This document shows, in pieces, positions 8,903 through 18,366 of a DNA stretch of 64,000 bases. Numbering within the stretch: position 1 is the stretch's first letter; each line of letters starts with the position of its first letter. Position numbers and translations under genes: made by a program. The stretch is taken from positions 1-64,000 of IMG/VR virus record IMGVR_UViG_3300008261_000001. One strand, given 5' to 3'. The notes under the pieces are model-generated. The model searched no databases and was not told the DNA's origin. It saw nothing but the letters and a program-made list of their open reading frames with translations.

Positions 8903-11900
8903 ATGGCAAGCCCAATAGCAGACTTTAAAAAGATTATAGAGGATTTTGGACAGCTAGAGGGCAAAGACTACTTTAAAGGCTCTGTACGCTCAGTTAAAGA
9001 ACTCAGCAAGCAAATAGAGTCCGCACGATCCGCCACCACGGAGATGTTTAAAAAGAACCTCGTCTACACCACAACTCAGTTAGACAAGGTCACTCGCTCT
9101 ATCGAGGCTTCTGCTCAAGAGCAAGTTTCCATTATGAGGACGAACTTACAAGCTCTACAAAAAGCCCAAGAGGAACAGAACCAAGCAGAAGTGTCCCGTC
9201 TAGAAGCCGTTATGCGTGAAACACAAGCACGATATGACGCTATGAACAAACAACAAGAGGCGGAGCTTGGTCGAGCCTTACGGTTTTATAAACAAAACGA
9301 GAAAGCGTATGAGGCACAACAAGAACTCTTAAAGTCACGAAAAGAAAAAGTCGAGGAGCTTGGGTACATAGGTGCTAAAGCATCTGCTGGATTGGAGGGG
9401 TTGGAGTCTGCTCTAACTGGATTCACCGAATCTTTGGGCAGTATGGACAACCTAGCCTCCAAATTTAAAGAGGGTGGGTCTGCCTTATCTAAGGGTATTT
9501 TACTGCTTCAAGCCTACACAGCTAAAAAGGCTGAAGCAGGTGGAGGAGAGGGGGGTGTATTCGGAAGTGTATCTAAAGGCTTACTGGGTTTATCCAAAGG
9601 GGTACTCGCCATCACCGCCGTCGTAGGTGGAGCAGTGGCGATATTTAAGGTTATGCAAGGGCTAGAGGAAAAAGTTAAAGGCTTCAATAAAGAACTCATT
9701 AACTCCGTGGGGGTTAATGATCTTCTCTTGGAGGGTACTGAAAACTTGGGGCAATCGCTTGATATGTGGAGAAGGGCGTTCTCGGACGCAGATTACGCCA
9801 ACGAGATGGGAATGACCCTAGACGAACTCAAGAATATCCCAGGGCAGTTAAAGTCCGCTAACCTCATCGTTAAAGACTTTGGTGGTAGCTTATCCAAAAT
9901 GAAGGACTTTATTTATGGGGCTAAGTCCGCGTCTGTATCTTTGGGTGTCTCTTTCGAGTCTGCTCTAGAACGCTCTCAGTACTTTAAAGAGGAGCTAGGC
10001 ATTATCGCTCAGTCAGGTGATATGTTATCCAAGCTCACCGAAGAGTTCGCCAACATAAGGGATATGGCTGTTCAGTCTGGTTACTCCACCGAGGGCTTTT
10101 ATCAAAAGATAAAGGGACTCGTAGATGGAATGGATAACATGAACAACCGCGTTGAAGAAGCAGGTAAGCTCCTTATCAGCTTCACCCGCGTCTTGGGGGC
10201 TAAGGGTGCCAACGCTTTCCTTTCGGCTATGGGGCAAGGACTAGGGGGGGAAGGATACACAGACCTCATTAAACGGCAAATACTCACAGGTAGGAAAAGG
10301 ATAACTCCCATCCTTCAGTCCGAAGCCGAGTATATGCACAAGATGCTCACAAAAGACTATCAAAGCGTCTTACAAAACGACACGGCAAGGGATGCCCTCG
10401 CCAAAGCAGGTCTAGAGCAGTTTGGTACGGATATGGGGAAGGACATGAAATCCCTCCAAAAAATGACCACCGAACAACAAGAAGACTTGGTTAGCTCGTT
10501 GTTAGGGCGTAAAGAAACCGAGGGTCTAGGTAGAGAAATCCAAAAGCTCATTCTTGTTGCTAAGGGGGGTAAAGAAGGGGCAACTAGGACTGACATATCA
10601 TCCGCAGTGGGTGAGGTGGGGGCGGCAGGTAGCATCGCTCTCAAATATGCACAGCTAGAAGCTCACCTAGCAGGTAAATCCATAGACTCCATGAGCGACA
10701 TCCAAAAGCTCGCCCTTGAACAGTTTAGCGGACTATCCAAAGAGCAGATCGAGCAGTTTAGGGTTATCCAACGCAAGATGAGGGGCGACCTCAGATACGC
10801 TAGGGACTTAGCTAAGTCTGGACAACAACTGACCGAGAATCAGATGAGTCAGTTAGAGAAAATGGGGCTAAAGGTCGAAGGAGGGAAGGTTTTATCCAAA
10901 GATACGGGCAGAGAGGTCAAAACAGAGGCGGACTACCTACTCGCTCAACGCGAAGCTCTTGAGTCCATGAAAGAAGCCACAGATGCTTTTACTCAAGAGG
11001 GGCTATTACAAGAGGTTGCGGATAACACCCTTACCTCAGCGGATATGATCAATAACCACTTGGGGGAAATCCTCATGACCATATCTGGCTATGTTAACGG
11101 CATCTTCAACTTTATGGATAAAGCCACCGACTCAGAAGATAAAGTCAAACGAGAAGCCATACTAGGTGAACTCGCCAATGAAATAAGAAGTCTTAATGAG
11201 CAAAACAAAGAGGGTGGTAAAGAGATCCGTGGCATAGAGGCTCAGATGAAGCGTAAGGCTGCCGAACTTGCCAAACAAGGAATATCTACTGACGAAGACG
11301 CGGGCTATCAAGAGCTAGTCCGTCAAAGGGAACAAAAGGTTCAAGAACAAGAGAAGAGAAAAAACAGATCCGAAGTTCTTAAACGGCAGAGACAACTTAC
11401 CCGAAGTGGTGATGTAGACATAAAAGGCAAAACCGCCAGCGAAATAAAGGCTCTTGGGTTATCTACTGCCGCCTCTCAACTAGCTGGTGAGGGGCAAGAA
11501 ATAGGGCTAAGTGCAGAGACACAAGAAAAGGTCAAACAGCTTCAAGAGCTACGCACGATGGGCTTCACAAGCATAGACGAGATGATCCGCTTTGTCTTAT
11601 CCGAGCAAGTAAAAGGAACCCCAAGTAAGAGATACGATGAGGTAGCAGGTTGGCTGTCAAACAAGGGCTACGCGGTGTTCGGTGAGATGAAAGGTGGGGC
11701 AGTTACATCCACAGGTGCGAGGACAACTAAACCCTTCGAAATCGGAGTAAAAGCAGGCGGTGGAGTCTTGGTTAAGGGTGGAGATGTAGTTCATGCTCTA
11801 GAGGGTACTAGGGCTACCGCTCTCACAAAAGAAGGTGAATACGACTTAACAAAGCTCAAGGAGGATAGGGTTAGGGAGGCCCTCAAGCAAGAGGATGAGG

Positions 11901-12619
11901 GGGAGATAGCACTAAGAGCGGTCAGTGCTATCACCGGAGCATTACCTGTAATGGATTTGAGCCCAGAGGCGAAAAGAGAACGAGCTATAAGGCGTGTGGC
12001 AACAGAGGGTGAACTTGTTACTGAGAGGGGGGGTATATCCGAAGAGGCTTTGGGTGAAGCACTTAAAGTACCACCTTCGGATGTCCTAAAAGACGCAAAG
12101 CTCGAAGCCAAAGAGACAACCACTATTAATGCGGAAGTAAGAAAAGCCGAGATTGACACACAACGCGAGGCGGCTAAAAAGATCCGTGAAGACGAAAAGT
12201 CCGCTAAGAAATCTGAGCTTTTGAGTATTTTAAAGCTCGGTGCGGAGGCAAGCGATGTACAAATACAAGATGCTTTGAGGGGTAGGGGTGCAGACGCTAA
12301 CTTGATGGGGCTTGCGGCGGGAGCAGGGTTTTACATAGACCCCACAGAGGTCATAGACGCTCAAGACTTGTATGTGACGAGAAACGGAGTGTTTAGACTC
12401 GACCCTCAAGATTTGCCATCTATGATAGGTGGGGGGATGGCATTTACAAAGCCTGGGGGTGCGGTGGATCAACTCGCTCAAGGGCTAGGTGGGGCTGGGA
12501 TAAACATAGGTACGGTGACTATTCATGTAGATGGTTCTAAGTCTCCTGAGGAGACTGGCAAGGCTGTGGTGGGTGAACTCATAAAGCTCAAGAAGCGTAG
12601 AGAGGGCAAAGCCATATGA
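8903..12619 (+). CDS. Tape measure protein
   Basis: 1238 aa, Ala/Gly/Lys/Glu-rich helical; hydrophobic segment near aa 230-250; canonical position. Confidence 0.8.
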   Translation: MASPIADFKKIIEDFGQLEGKDYFKGSVRSVKELSKQIESARSATTEMFKKNLVYTTTQLDKVTRSIEASAQEQVSIMRTNLQALQKAQEEQNQAEVSRLEAVMRETQARYDAMNKQQEAELGRALRFYKQNEKAYEAQQELLKSRKEKVEELGYIGAKASAGLEGLESALTGFTESLGSMDNLASKFKEGGSALSKGILLLQAYTAKKAEAGGGEGGVFGSVSKGLLGLSKGVLAITAVVGGAVAIFKVMQGLEEKVKGFNKELINSVGVNDLLLEGTENLGQSLDMWRRAFSDADYANEMGMTLDELKNIPGQLKSANLIVKDFGGSLSKMKDFIYGAKSASVSLGVSFESALERSQYFKEELGIIAQSGDMLSKLTEEFANIRDMAVQSGYSTEGFYQKIKGLVDGMDNMNNRVEEAGKLLISFTRVLGAKGANAFLSAMGQGLGGEGYTDLIKRQILTGRKRITPILQSEAEYMHKMLTKDYQSVLQNDTARDALAKAGLEQFGTDMGKDMKSLQKMTTEQQEDLVSSLLGRKETEGLGREIQKLILVAKGGKEGATRTDISSAVGEVGAAGSIALKYAQLEAHLAGKSIDSMSDIQKLALEQFSGLSKEQIEQFRVIQRKMRGDLRYARDLAKSGQQLTENQMSQLEKMGLKVEGGKVLSKDTGREVKTEADYLLAQREALESMKEATDAFTQEGLLQEVADNTLTSADMINNHLGEILMTISGYVNGIFNFMDKATDSEDKVKREAILGELANEIRSLNEQNKEGGKEIRGIEAQMKRKAAELAKQGISTDEDAGYQELVRQREQKVQEQEKRKNRSEVLKRQRQLTRSGDVDIKGKTASEIKALGLSTAASQLAGEGQEIGLSAETQEKVKQLQELRTMGFTSIDEMIRFVLSEQVKGTPSKRYDEVAGWLSNKGYAVFGEMKGGAVTSTGARTTKPFEIGVKAGGGVLVKGGDVVHALEGTRATALTKEGEYDLTKLKEDRVREALKQEDEGEIALRAVSAITGALPVMDLSPEAKRERAIRRVATEGELVTERGGISEEALGEALKVPPSDVLKDAKLEAKETTTINAEVRKAEIDTQREAAKKIREDEKSAKKSELLSILKLGAEASDVQIQDALRGRGADANLMGLAAGAGFYIDPTEVIDAQDLYVTRNGVFRLDPQDLPSMIGGGMAFTKPGGAVDQLAQGLGGAGINIGTVTIHVDGSKSPEETGKAVVGELIKLKKRREGKAI

Positions 12620-13236
12620 CCGCTATGATTAAATCACCTGTAACTCTCCAAAAGGGCGAGGCTGGACTAGGTATCCGTCCTTTTGTGTTCGACATCATTG
12701 CACCTGATGGGGTGACCTCGCTTTTACCCGACAACCTTAAGATGGTGCTCCATGTGAACCCATCTGGACTAGATTTCTCGTACAGCAAAATCGTCAGTAG
12801 AGATCAGACCATGATGGGTTGGGTGGAAAGTTATTTCGGTGATGCTGTGGTGACGGTGAATCTAGAGAACGCAAGTGGTGCGTTCATAAGACCTTACACG
12901 GGCTTGTCTGCGATCACAGGACCTGTAGGTGTAAATGGCACTAGCTTTGGGACAAGTATTGGGGGTACACGCAGAGATACAATCACCTACGATAAGTACT
13001 TGGACAGCCTTGCGTTGTTTCACAATAACGGCTCCATCTATGATGACATGGGCAATGTGGCTCTACAAGGTCGGATAAAGATGAGTTTCGATGGGGGGAC
13101 TTGGTTTGGGTGGTTTCAGAGCTTCAGTGTGACAGAGAACGCAGACAGCCCTTATCAGTTCAAGAGTTCTCTGACCATGCAAGTGGAACGCGAGACACAT
13201 GGCATAAGAACCCAAAATGGATATCTGCCCTCGTAA
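12616..13236 (+). CDS. Putative tail tube initiator / baseplate protein
   Basis: Follows tape measure; LHVNPSGLDFSYSK and WFGWFQSFSVTENAD pattern. Confidence 0.55.
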   Translation: MTAMIKSPVTLQKGEAGLGIRPFVFDIIAPDGVTSLLPDNLKMVLHVNPSGLDFSYSKIVSRDQTMMGWVESYFGDAVVTVNLENASGAFIRPYTGLSAITGPVGVNGTSFGTSIGGTRRDTITYDKYLDSLALFHNNGSIYDDMGNVALQGRIKMSFDGGTWFGWFQSFSVTENADSPYQFKSSLTMQVERETHGIRTQNGYLPS

Positions 13237-13265
13237 AACCCCACCCACATAAGAAGGACGCTTAG

Positions 13266-14228
13266 ATGAAGGCTACTACAGGTACTGCACCCTATGTGGA
13301 TCTCTACACAACGGACGAGTTTATCCTATTTCCGGAGGACAACAATGGAACTATTCCTTTAGATCCGAACAACCAACAACAGCTTCGTTCGTTTTCTCCG
13401 TTTGTGTTATCCGTTACGCCGCCCTCGATTGGAAGGTACAGCACTAATGTGGGTACGAACCGCCCCTTTAGAAATCCAATGGGCATAACAGACAGCCAAA
13501 GGTATTCGATAAACACCAAGCAAGCTCGCCTTATCTCTCCTAATATATCTACGAGGGCGAGTACACCCATATCGAGAGGTGGGGTGGAGCCAAGCGTTCC
13601 GTATTTACAAGCAGGTGTGGTCGATAGAGATGTGGTCATAGACGCTGTGCTTCAACACCAACAGCTAAGGCAACTACCCCCCATTGTCTTCTTAATCAAC
13701 CCCATATCTTTTGCGGTCAACTACACAGATATCCAAAACTACGGAGATCAGTCCAAGTACGGATTTATCTTTTACAGATGGGGCGAGGACTTAACCAAGA
13801 TTTCAGTGACTTGTAAGCTAGGTGCTTTCATCGCTGGTAGGGAGAACCCCAATGAGGGCTTAACGAGTGATGGAAAGATGAGGGGTGTATCTGGACTTCA
13901 GTTTGTCTCTCGGAAAGACTCAGCGGGGTGGAGACAACTCATGGCTATATTGGGTGTGTACCGCAACAGCGTCACTATTGCAGATAGACTCAATCGAAGC
14001 AGGGCATACCACGACATCGGAACACAATCTATCCATTATGATGGGCAACGCTATGTGGGAAGAATGGATAGTTTCAGTTTTGGGATAAACGAGGAAAATC
14101 AGCTTGGTGGGGTGGAGTTTAGTTTTGAGTTTGTGGTGTACGAGCACTACCAAGAGGGCTTTGAGATGAAGACAAGCCTATCCCCCATGTATCCACCAAG
14201 TGCATCTGGATTTGGAGGTGCTTTATGA
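13266..14228 (+). CDS. Putative tail/baseplate protein, distant paralog of 12616..13236
   Basis: FLINPISFAVNYT...WGEDLTKI...YVGRMDSFSFG...FSFEF parallels the preceding gene. Confidence 0.55.
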   Translation: MKATTGTAPYVDLYTTDEFILFPEDNNGTIPLDPNNQQQLRSFSPFVLSVTPPSIGRYSTNVGTNRPFRNPMGITDSQRYSINTKQARLISPNISTRASTPISRGGVEPSVPYLQAGVVDRDVVIDAVLQHQQLRQLPPIVFLINPISFAVNYTDIQNYGDQSKYGFIFYRWGEDLTKISVTCKLGAFIAGRENPNEGLTSDGKMRGVSGLQFVSRKDSAGWRQLMAILGVYRNSVTIADRLNRSRAYHDIGTQSIHYDGQRYVGRMDSFSFGINEENQLGGVEFSFEFVVYEHYQEGFEMKTSLSPMYPPSASGFGGAL

Positions 14229-17200
14229 GAATAGAGAATAGACCCTACGCAGGAAACTGGACCTCCGACATAAAGAACAAGTACAGACGAGTTAGGTCGT
14301 GGACTCCAGATGTTATCGTTCAGTTCAATGGAGACACGGCAATACCTGGCTGTAATGAGTGTAAAAATAGGATAGATTTCCAAGCCTTTATCACGAGCGT
14401 CAGCGTGGGTGCAGGAGTCACAGCGAACTCGAATAGCTGTAGCATATCTGCCGTTATCCCTAGAGCATATGGAGACAGCGTTTTTAAAGATGGTGAGTTT
14501 ATCCTTCAGCCAGGGGTAGAGGTTAATGTTTTCTACAGAGGGTTCTTCAAGACGAGCGAGCTATTGGGTGCAGGAGACACCCTCAATCTTAACGACGAAG
14601 AAGTAGACTTATCCAAAGTCGAGATGAGACCCTACTACCCAGTGTTTCATGGGGTGTTGAGCGGTGTAGATGTGGATTCGACCCTACAAGGGTCTTACAG
14701 CATAAGCATGACTTGTAAGGCGTTATTGGCATTTTGGGAAAACCAACAAGTCAACACCAACGCTGGATTCTTAGCGGCTCAACCTACGGAGTCTAAAGGC
14801 AGTATTCAGCTAACGGGTCATAAATACACCGACATGACCCCGCATCAGATTATTTACGACTTGTATTTGGACTCCGGTGGGTCGGCTCAAGGTACAGGAT
14901 TCGTCTTACAGAAATCGGATAACCTCAAAGCCAAAGCGGTCACTGGTCAGCAGTTCTTTTCACTCGCCCTTAGATATTGGGAAAACCGATTCGAAAATGG
15001 CTTATATGGCTTAAGGATGTACGGAGTCTCAGGTAGGCTTTACTCAGCCACAGAGACGGCTCTCTTATCCGATGTGTCAGTTAAAGGAAAAAAGAACGAG
15101 TTTATCTCGGTCATAAAAGAAGCTCTACAACCTAATGCTCAAGAAAAACCAAGCCTCATGCTCAAACGCTTTATGGAAGCTGGGCTTGTGCAGTATGACG
15201 CTAAGGGGAATGTCCTCAGACTTCCCGACCTTCAGTTCCTTGCTCAAGCCGCCGAGGACGATAGAGGTGGAGGTGTCAATGTAAGGGCGTTAAAGGAGTT
15301 CATCACCGACATAGGGGCATTAGGGCAAGTGAGCCTATTCGAGTCGTCTTTCACCTCTAAGCTGTCTCTCGCTCAAACAGTAGCGGAAAAGTGCGGATAC
15401 GAGTTCTTTCAAGACCTCGATGGGGACTTGGTTTTCAAACCTCCCATGTACAACCTCGACACATCGGATAACCGCGTCTATCGGATACAACGCGAGGACA
15501 TATTGTCGATCAGCTTCGGTGTGACTGAGCCAGAAGCCACATACATCGTGTGTAAAGGTGGACCGTTTAGAAATCTATCGGGCGTGATCGACTCTGGTGA
15601 GTGGGGCGTAAAAGGGACTTATGTGGACTATCACCTTGTGGCTAAGTTCGGTTGGAAAGAACACTCGTTCGACACCACCTTTTACAACACCAAAAGGCAA
15701 GCCTATTATGCCGCTGTCGTGGAGCTAGACCGCATAAACAAAGGCATGAACACCTGTAGCGTGTCCATACCCATGCGACCAGAAATCAAGCCAGGTTATC
15801 CAATATACATAGAGCATATAGACTGTTTCTACTATGTAGAGAGCGTAAGCCACTCGTTCAGCTATGGTTCGAGTGCCACCACCTCTTTAACGCTCACTTG
15901 TAGGCGTAAGAAGTTCATCCCTCCAGGGGACGCGGATGTTGACTACGCTCAAGACCCAGCTCGCTCCGTGGACTTGGGCAGAACCGACCTCCCCAAGAAA
16001 TACATCTACAAGCGAGTCAAGTTATCCAATGACCTCGGTGACTCCTATGAGACTCGTAAGATAGCTGGATTTCCAAATGTTGTTATGGCTCTCGACCCTA
16101 CGAAGATCGACCCAGGGTTCTTGACCTTCTCGATAGATTTCCAAAACATCGGTGGGCTTGGCACTAAAGAGCGAGAAGCCTATCGCAACAATCTCCTCAT
16201 AGAAGCGAAACGCCTTAAAATCCTTGAGATTGGCGATGGCGGTAGCTTGTTTGAAGGTCCGTGGGTGTTAAATCTACCCGATCCAAAAAACCCTAACGGA
16301 GAACCCATCAAAGGAAATCTCAATCTAGACGCTGTGGGTACGACTACGGTGTCTAGGGACAAGAAGGGCATTGTGGTCACTCGTAAGGGAGAGGTACAAA
16401 CAAGAAGGGTATCCAAAAAAGATGGTGTGGTGATAGCGGGAGAGTCTCAGCTTGAGCTTGCCTCAGTTAAGCGTCAACAAGCGAGCCTAAGTGCCGCCAA
16501 GCTCGCCTCTCAAGGTCAAAGGGGTAAGGCTCAGTCCAACGCAGACAGAGAAGAGGCACAACAAGAGTTCGAGCGTACTATCCAATCTTTAAGGGGTAAT
16601 GCGGAGACAGGGTTCACGATAGTGGACTTGCTAACGGCTGTTAAAGAGGCGAGGTATTCAACAAGCGACAATAACTCCATAGAGGCAGGCAGTACTGCCA
16701 ATATCCTTCGTCTGCTTCAAAATAAGAAAGCGTCCTTTGGCCCACAGCTACCTGGCTATTACAGATACTACTCGTCTTCACATCCTGCGTCGGAACACCA
16801 AGCACCTGACATTATGGATGCGAGGGTAGATGATGGACAACCCAAACTCACGCTCACAGAGGGGCGTATAGATGACACCGATGTCAATATGGTCTTCAGC
16901 GAGGGCGGAGGAGACTCGGTGTACTATGGACAAGGACTTATCCAAAGGGGCTTGCTTACACGCACTCAGTATTCGAACGACTTTGGCATAGTGCCGACCA
17001 AAGACATTCTGACCCTTGCCTTTCAAAAGCACGGAACGCTACAGAAAAGGAAAGTCACAACCACGACTGCTAAAGCATCAGGTTGGGGTAATATGGGTGC
17101 TACCTTTTGGAATGGATTATTCTCGGCAATCACAGCGAGTTTTAGCAAAGCTATCCAATCCAAGAAGGGGTCTATAAGTGCTAGGGTATTGGCGGACTCT

Positions 17201-18361
17201 TTCTTTGTGGATAACTGGAGTTCGGCTTTCTTTAATAAAAGCCTCCCCTCCAAAATGTTCATAAAAGCAGGTTCTATCGCTTACGCTGAAACGGATAACA
17301 TAACACTCGCTGAGTTATCTGTTTTGATAAGAAATCTCAGGGGTTCTTTGATAGGGCTTCACAGAGTACAGAAACCTAACTATTACATAGAGAGTTTTGA
17401 TCCAGTGGTGGCATTGAGCGGAACGATGGCGGATTTGAGGACAAGCATAAAGAACGCGGATAGGTTCTTCCCTTCAGCTTCAGTTAGCAAAACAACGGTG
17501 GAGAAGGAAACTTGGTCTAAAGACACCTTCGTGTCCCCCATATTCCCCATCTCAGACGAGAAGGGGTTTGAGGTATTCGGTGCGTATCAATACGGGAGGG
17601 GATTGGATATCTCTAGTGGTGGTTCATTCGATCAGTTATTGGTGCAAGACCCAACGAGGGTGTTCTCTGCTAAAGACCTTCAGTCGTTTGTATTGGAAAA
17701 TAACGGCACAGTGGAGGGCAGTAAGGAGATCCGAGGGAAGTTAATATCTGAGAAGCTCGAGCAGATAGAGCGAGCAGGGCGTTTGGACTTGATAGACGAG
17801 ATAGCTTCATCAAGAGGGCTTAGGCGTGGTGACTTAGTGGGGGATGTTAAAAGTGAGGTATTGAACAAGATTATGACGACCTTAGACGAGCAAGTCATAA
17901 CGAATGTTCCCAAGCGTTTGGGTGAGATAAATCCTCCTTCGAGGGGGGATGCGATGTGTAAGTGCAAGGCACAAAGCACAGACCTAGAACTACTCGCCCT
18001 TGCTTCGGATACTTCAAACTTTGTGAGCGTGGGGTCTGCTATCAAGACGGAAATGGACATTGTGAACAACATAGCAAGTGGGATAGCGAATAAGGGGGTA
18101 GATCACAACACACATCAGTCGGCATTGAGGCATGACTTAGATGGAGCTGGCGGTGAGGGTAGCTTTAAGAGATTGTCGGATGCTTTTGGAAAGCTAGGCG
18201 ATACAGTAGCGGAGGACTATGAGAACCTTGTTGGTGCAATAGACGCAAGCGTAGGTGTATTGGATAACACATTGGATAAGTTGGTAGAGAGGGCGGGGGA
18301 GATAGGGACAACGGATAAAGAACGCATGGACTCAGCCAAGAAGCTGAGAGGAAGGGGCTAA
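14225..18361 (+). CDS. Putative baseplate hub protein with large extensions
   Basis: 1378 aa; YEFFQDLDGDLVFKPPMYN and IPMRPEIKPGYPIYI...YYVESVSHSF resemble hub (gp27/gpD-like) segments. Confidence 0.65.
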   Translation: MRIENRPYAGNWTSDIKNKYRRVRSWTPDVIVQFNGDTAIPGCNECKNRIDFQAFITSVSVGAGVTANSNSCSISAVIPRAYGDSVFKDGEFILQPGVEVNVFYRGFFKTSELLGAGDTLNLNDEEVDLSKVEMRPYYPVFHGVLSGVDVDSTLQGSYSISMTCKALLAFWENQQVNTNAGFLAAQPTESKGSIQLTGHKYTDMTPHQIIYDLYLDSGGSAQGTGFVLQKSDNLKAKAVTGQQFFSLALRYWENRFENGLYGLRMYGVSGRLYSATETALLSDVSVKGKKNEFISVIKEALQPNAQEKPSLMLKRFMEAGLVQYDAKGNVLRLPDLQFLAQAAEDDRGGGVNVRALKEFITDIGALGQVSLFESSFTSKLSLAQTVAEKCGYEFFQDLDGDLVFKPPMYNLDTSDNRVYRIQREDILSISFGVTEPEATYIVCKGGPFRNLSGVIDSGEWGVKGTYVDYHLVAKFGWKEHSFDTTFYNTKRQAYYAAVVELDRINKGMNTCSVSIPMRPEIKPGYPIYIEHIDCFYYVESVSHSFSYGSSATTSLTLTCRRKKFIPPGDADVDYAQDPARSVDLGRTDLPKKYIYKRVKLSNDLGDSYETRKIAGFPNVVMALDPTKIDPGFLTFSIDFQNIGGLGTKEREAYRNNLLIEAKRLKILEIGDGGSLFEGPWVLNLPDPKNPNGEPIKGNLNLDAVGTTTVSRDKKGIVVTRKGEVQTRRVSKKDGVVIAGESQLELASVKRQQASLSAAKLASQGQRGKAQSNADREEAQQEFERTIQSLRGNAETGFTIVDLLTAVKEARYSTSDNNSIEAGSTANILRLLQNKKASFGPQLPGYYRYYSSSHPASEHQAPDIMDARVDDGQPKLTLTEGRIDDTDVNMVFSEGGGDSVYYGQGLIQRGLLTRTQYSNDFGIVPTKDILTLAFQKHGTLQKRKVTTTTAKASGWGNMGATFWNGLFSAITASFSKAIQSKKGSISARVLADSFFVDNWSSAFFNKSLPSKMFIKAGSIAYAETDNITLAELSVLIRNLRGSLIGLHRVQKPNYYIESFDPVVALSGTMADLRTSIKNADRFFPSASVSKTTVEKETWSKDTFVSPIFPISDEKGFEVFGAYQYGRGLDISSGGSFDQLLVQDPTRVFSAKDLQSFVLENNGTVEGSKEIRGKLISEKLEQIERAGRLDLIDEIASSRGLRRGDLVGDVKSEVLNKIMTTLDEQVITNVPKRLGEINPPSRGDAMCKCKAQSTDLELLALASDTSNFVSVGSAIKTEMDIVNNIASGIANKGVDHNTHQSALRHDLDGAGGEGSFKRLSDAFGKLGDTVAEDYENLVGAIDASVGVLDNTLDKLVERAGEIGTTDKERMDSAKKLRGRG

Positions 18362-18366
18362 GGGTT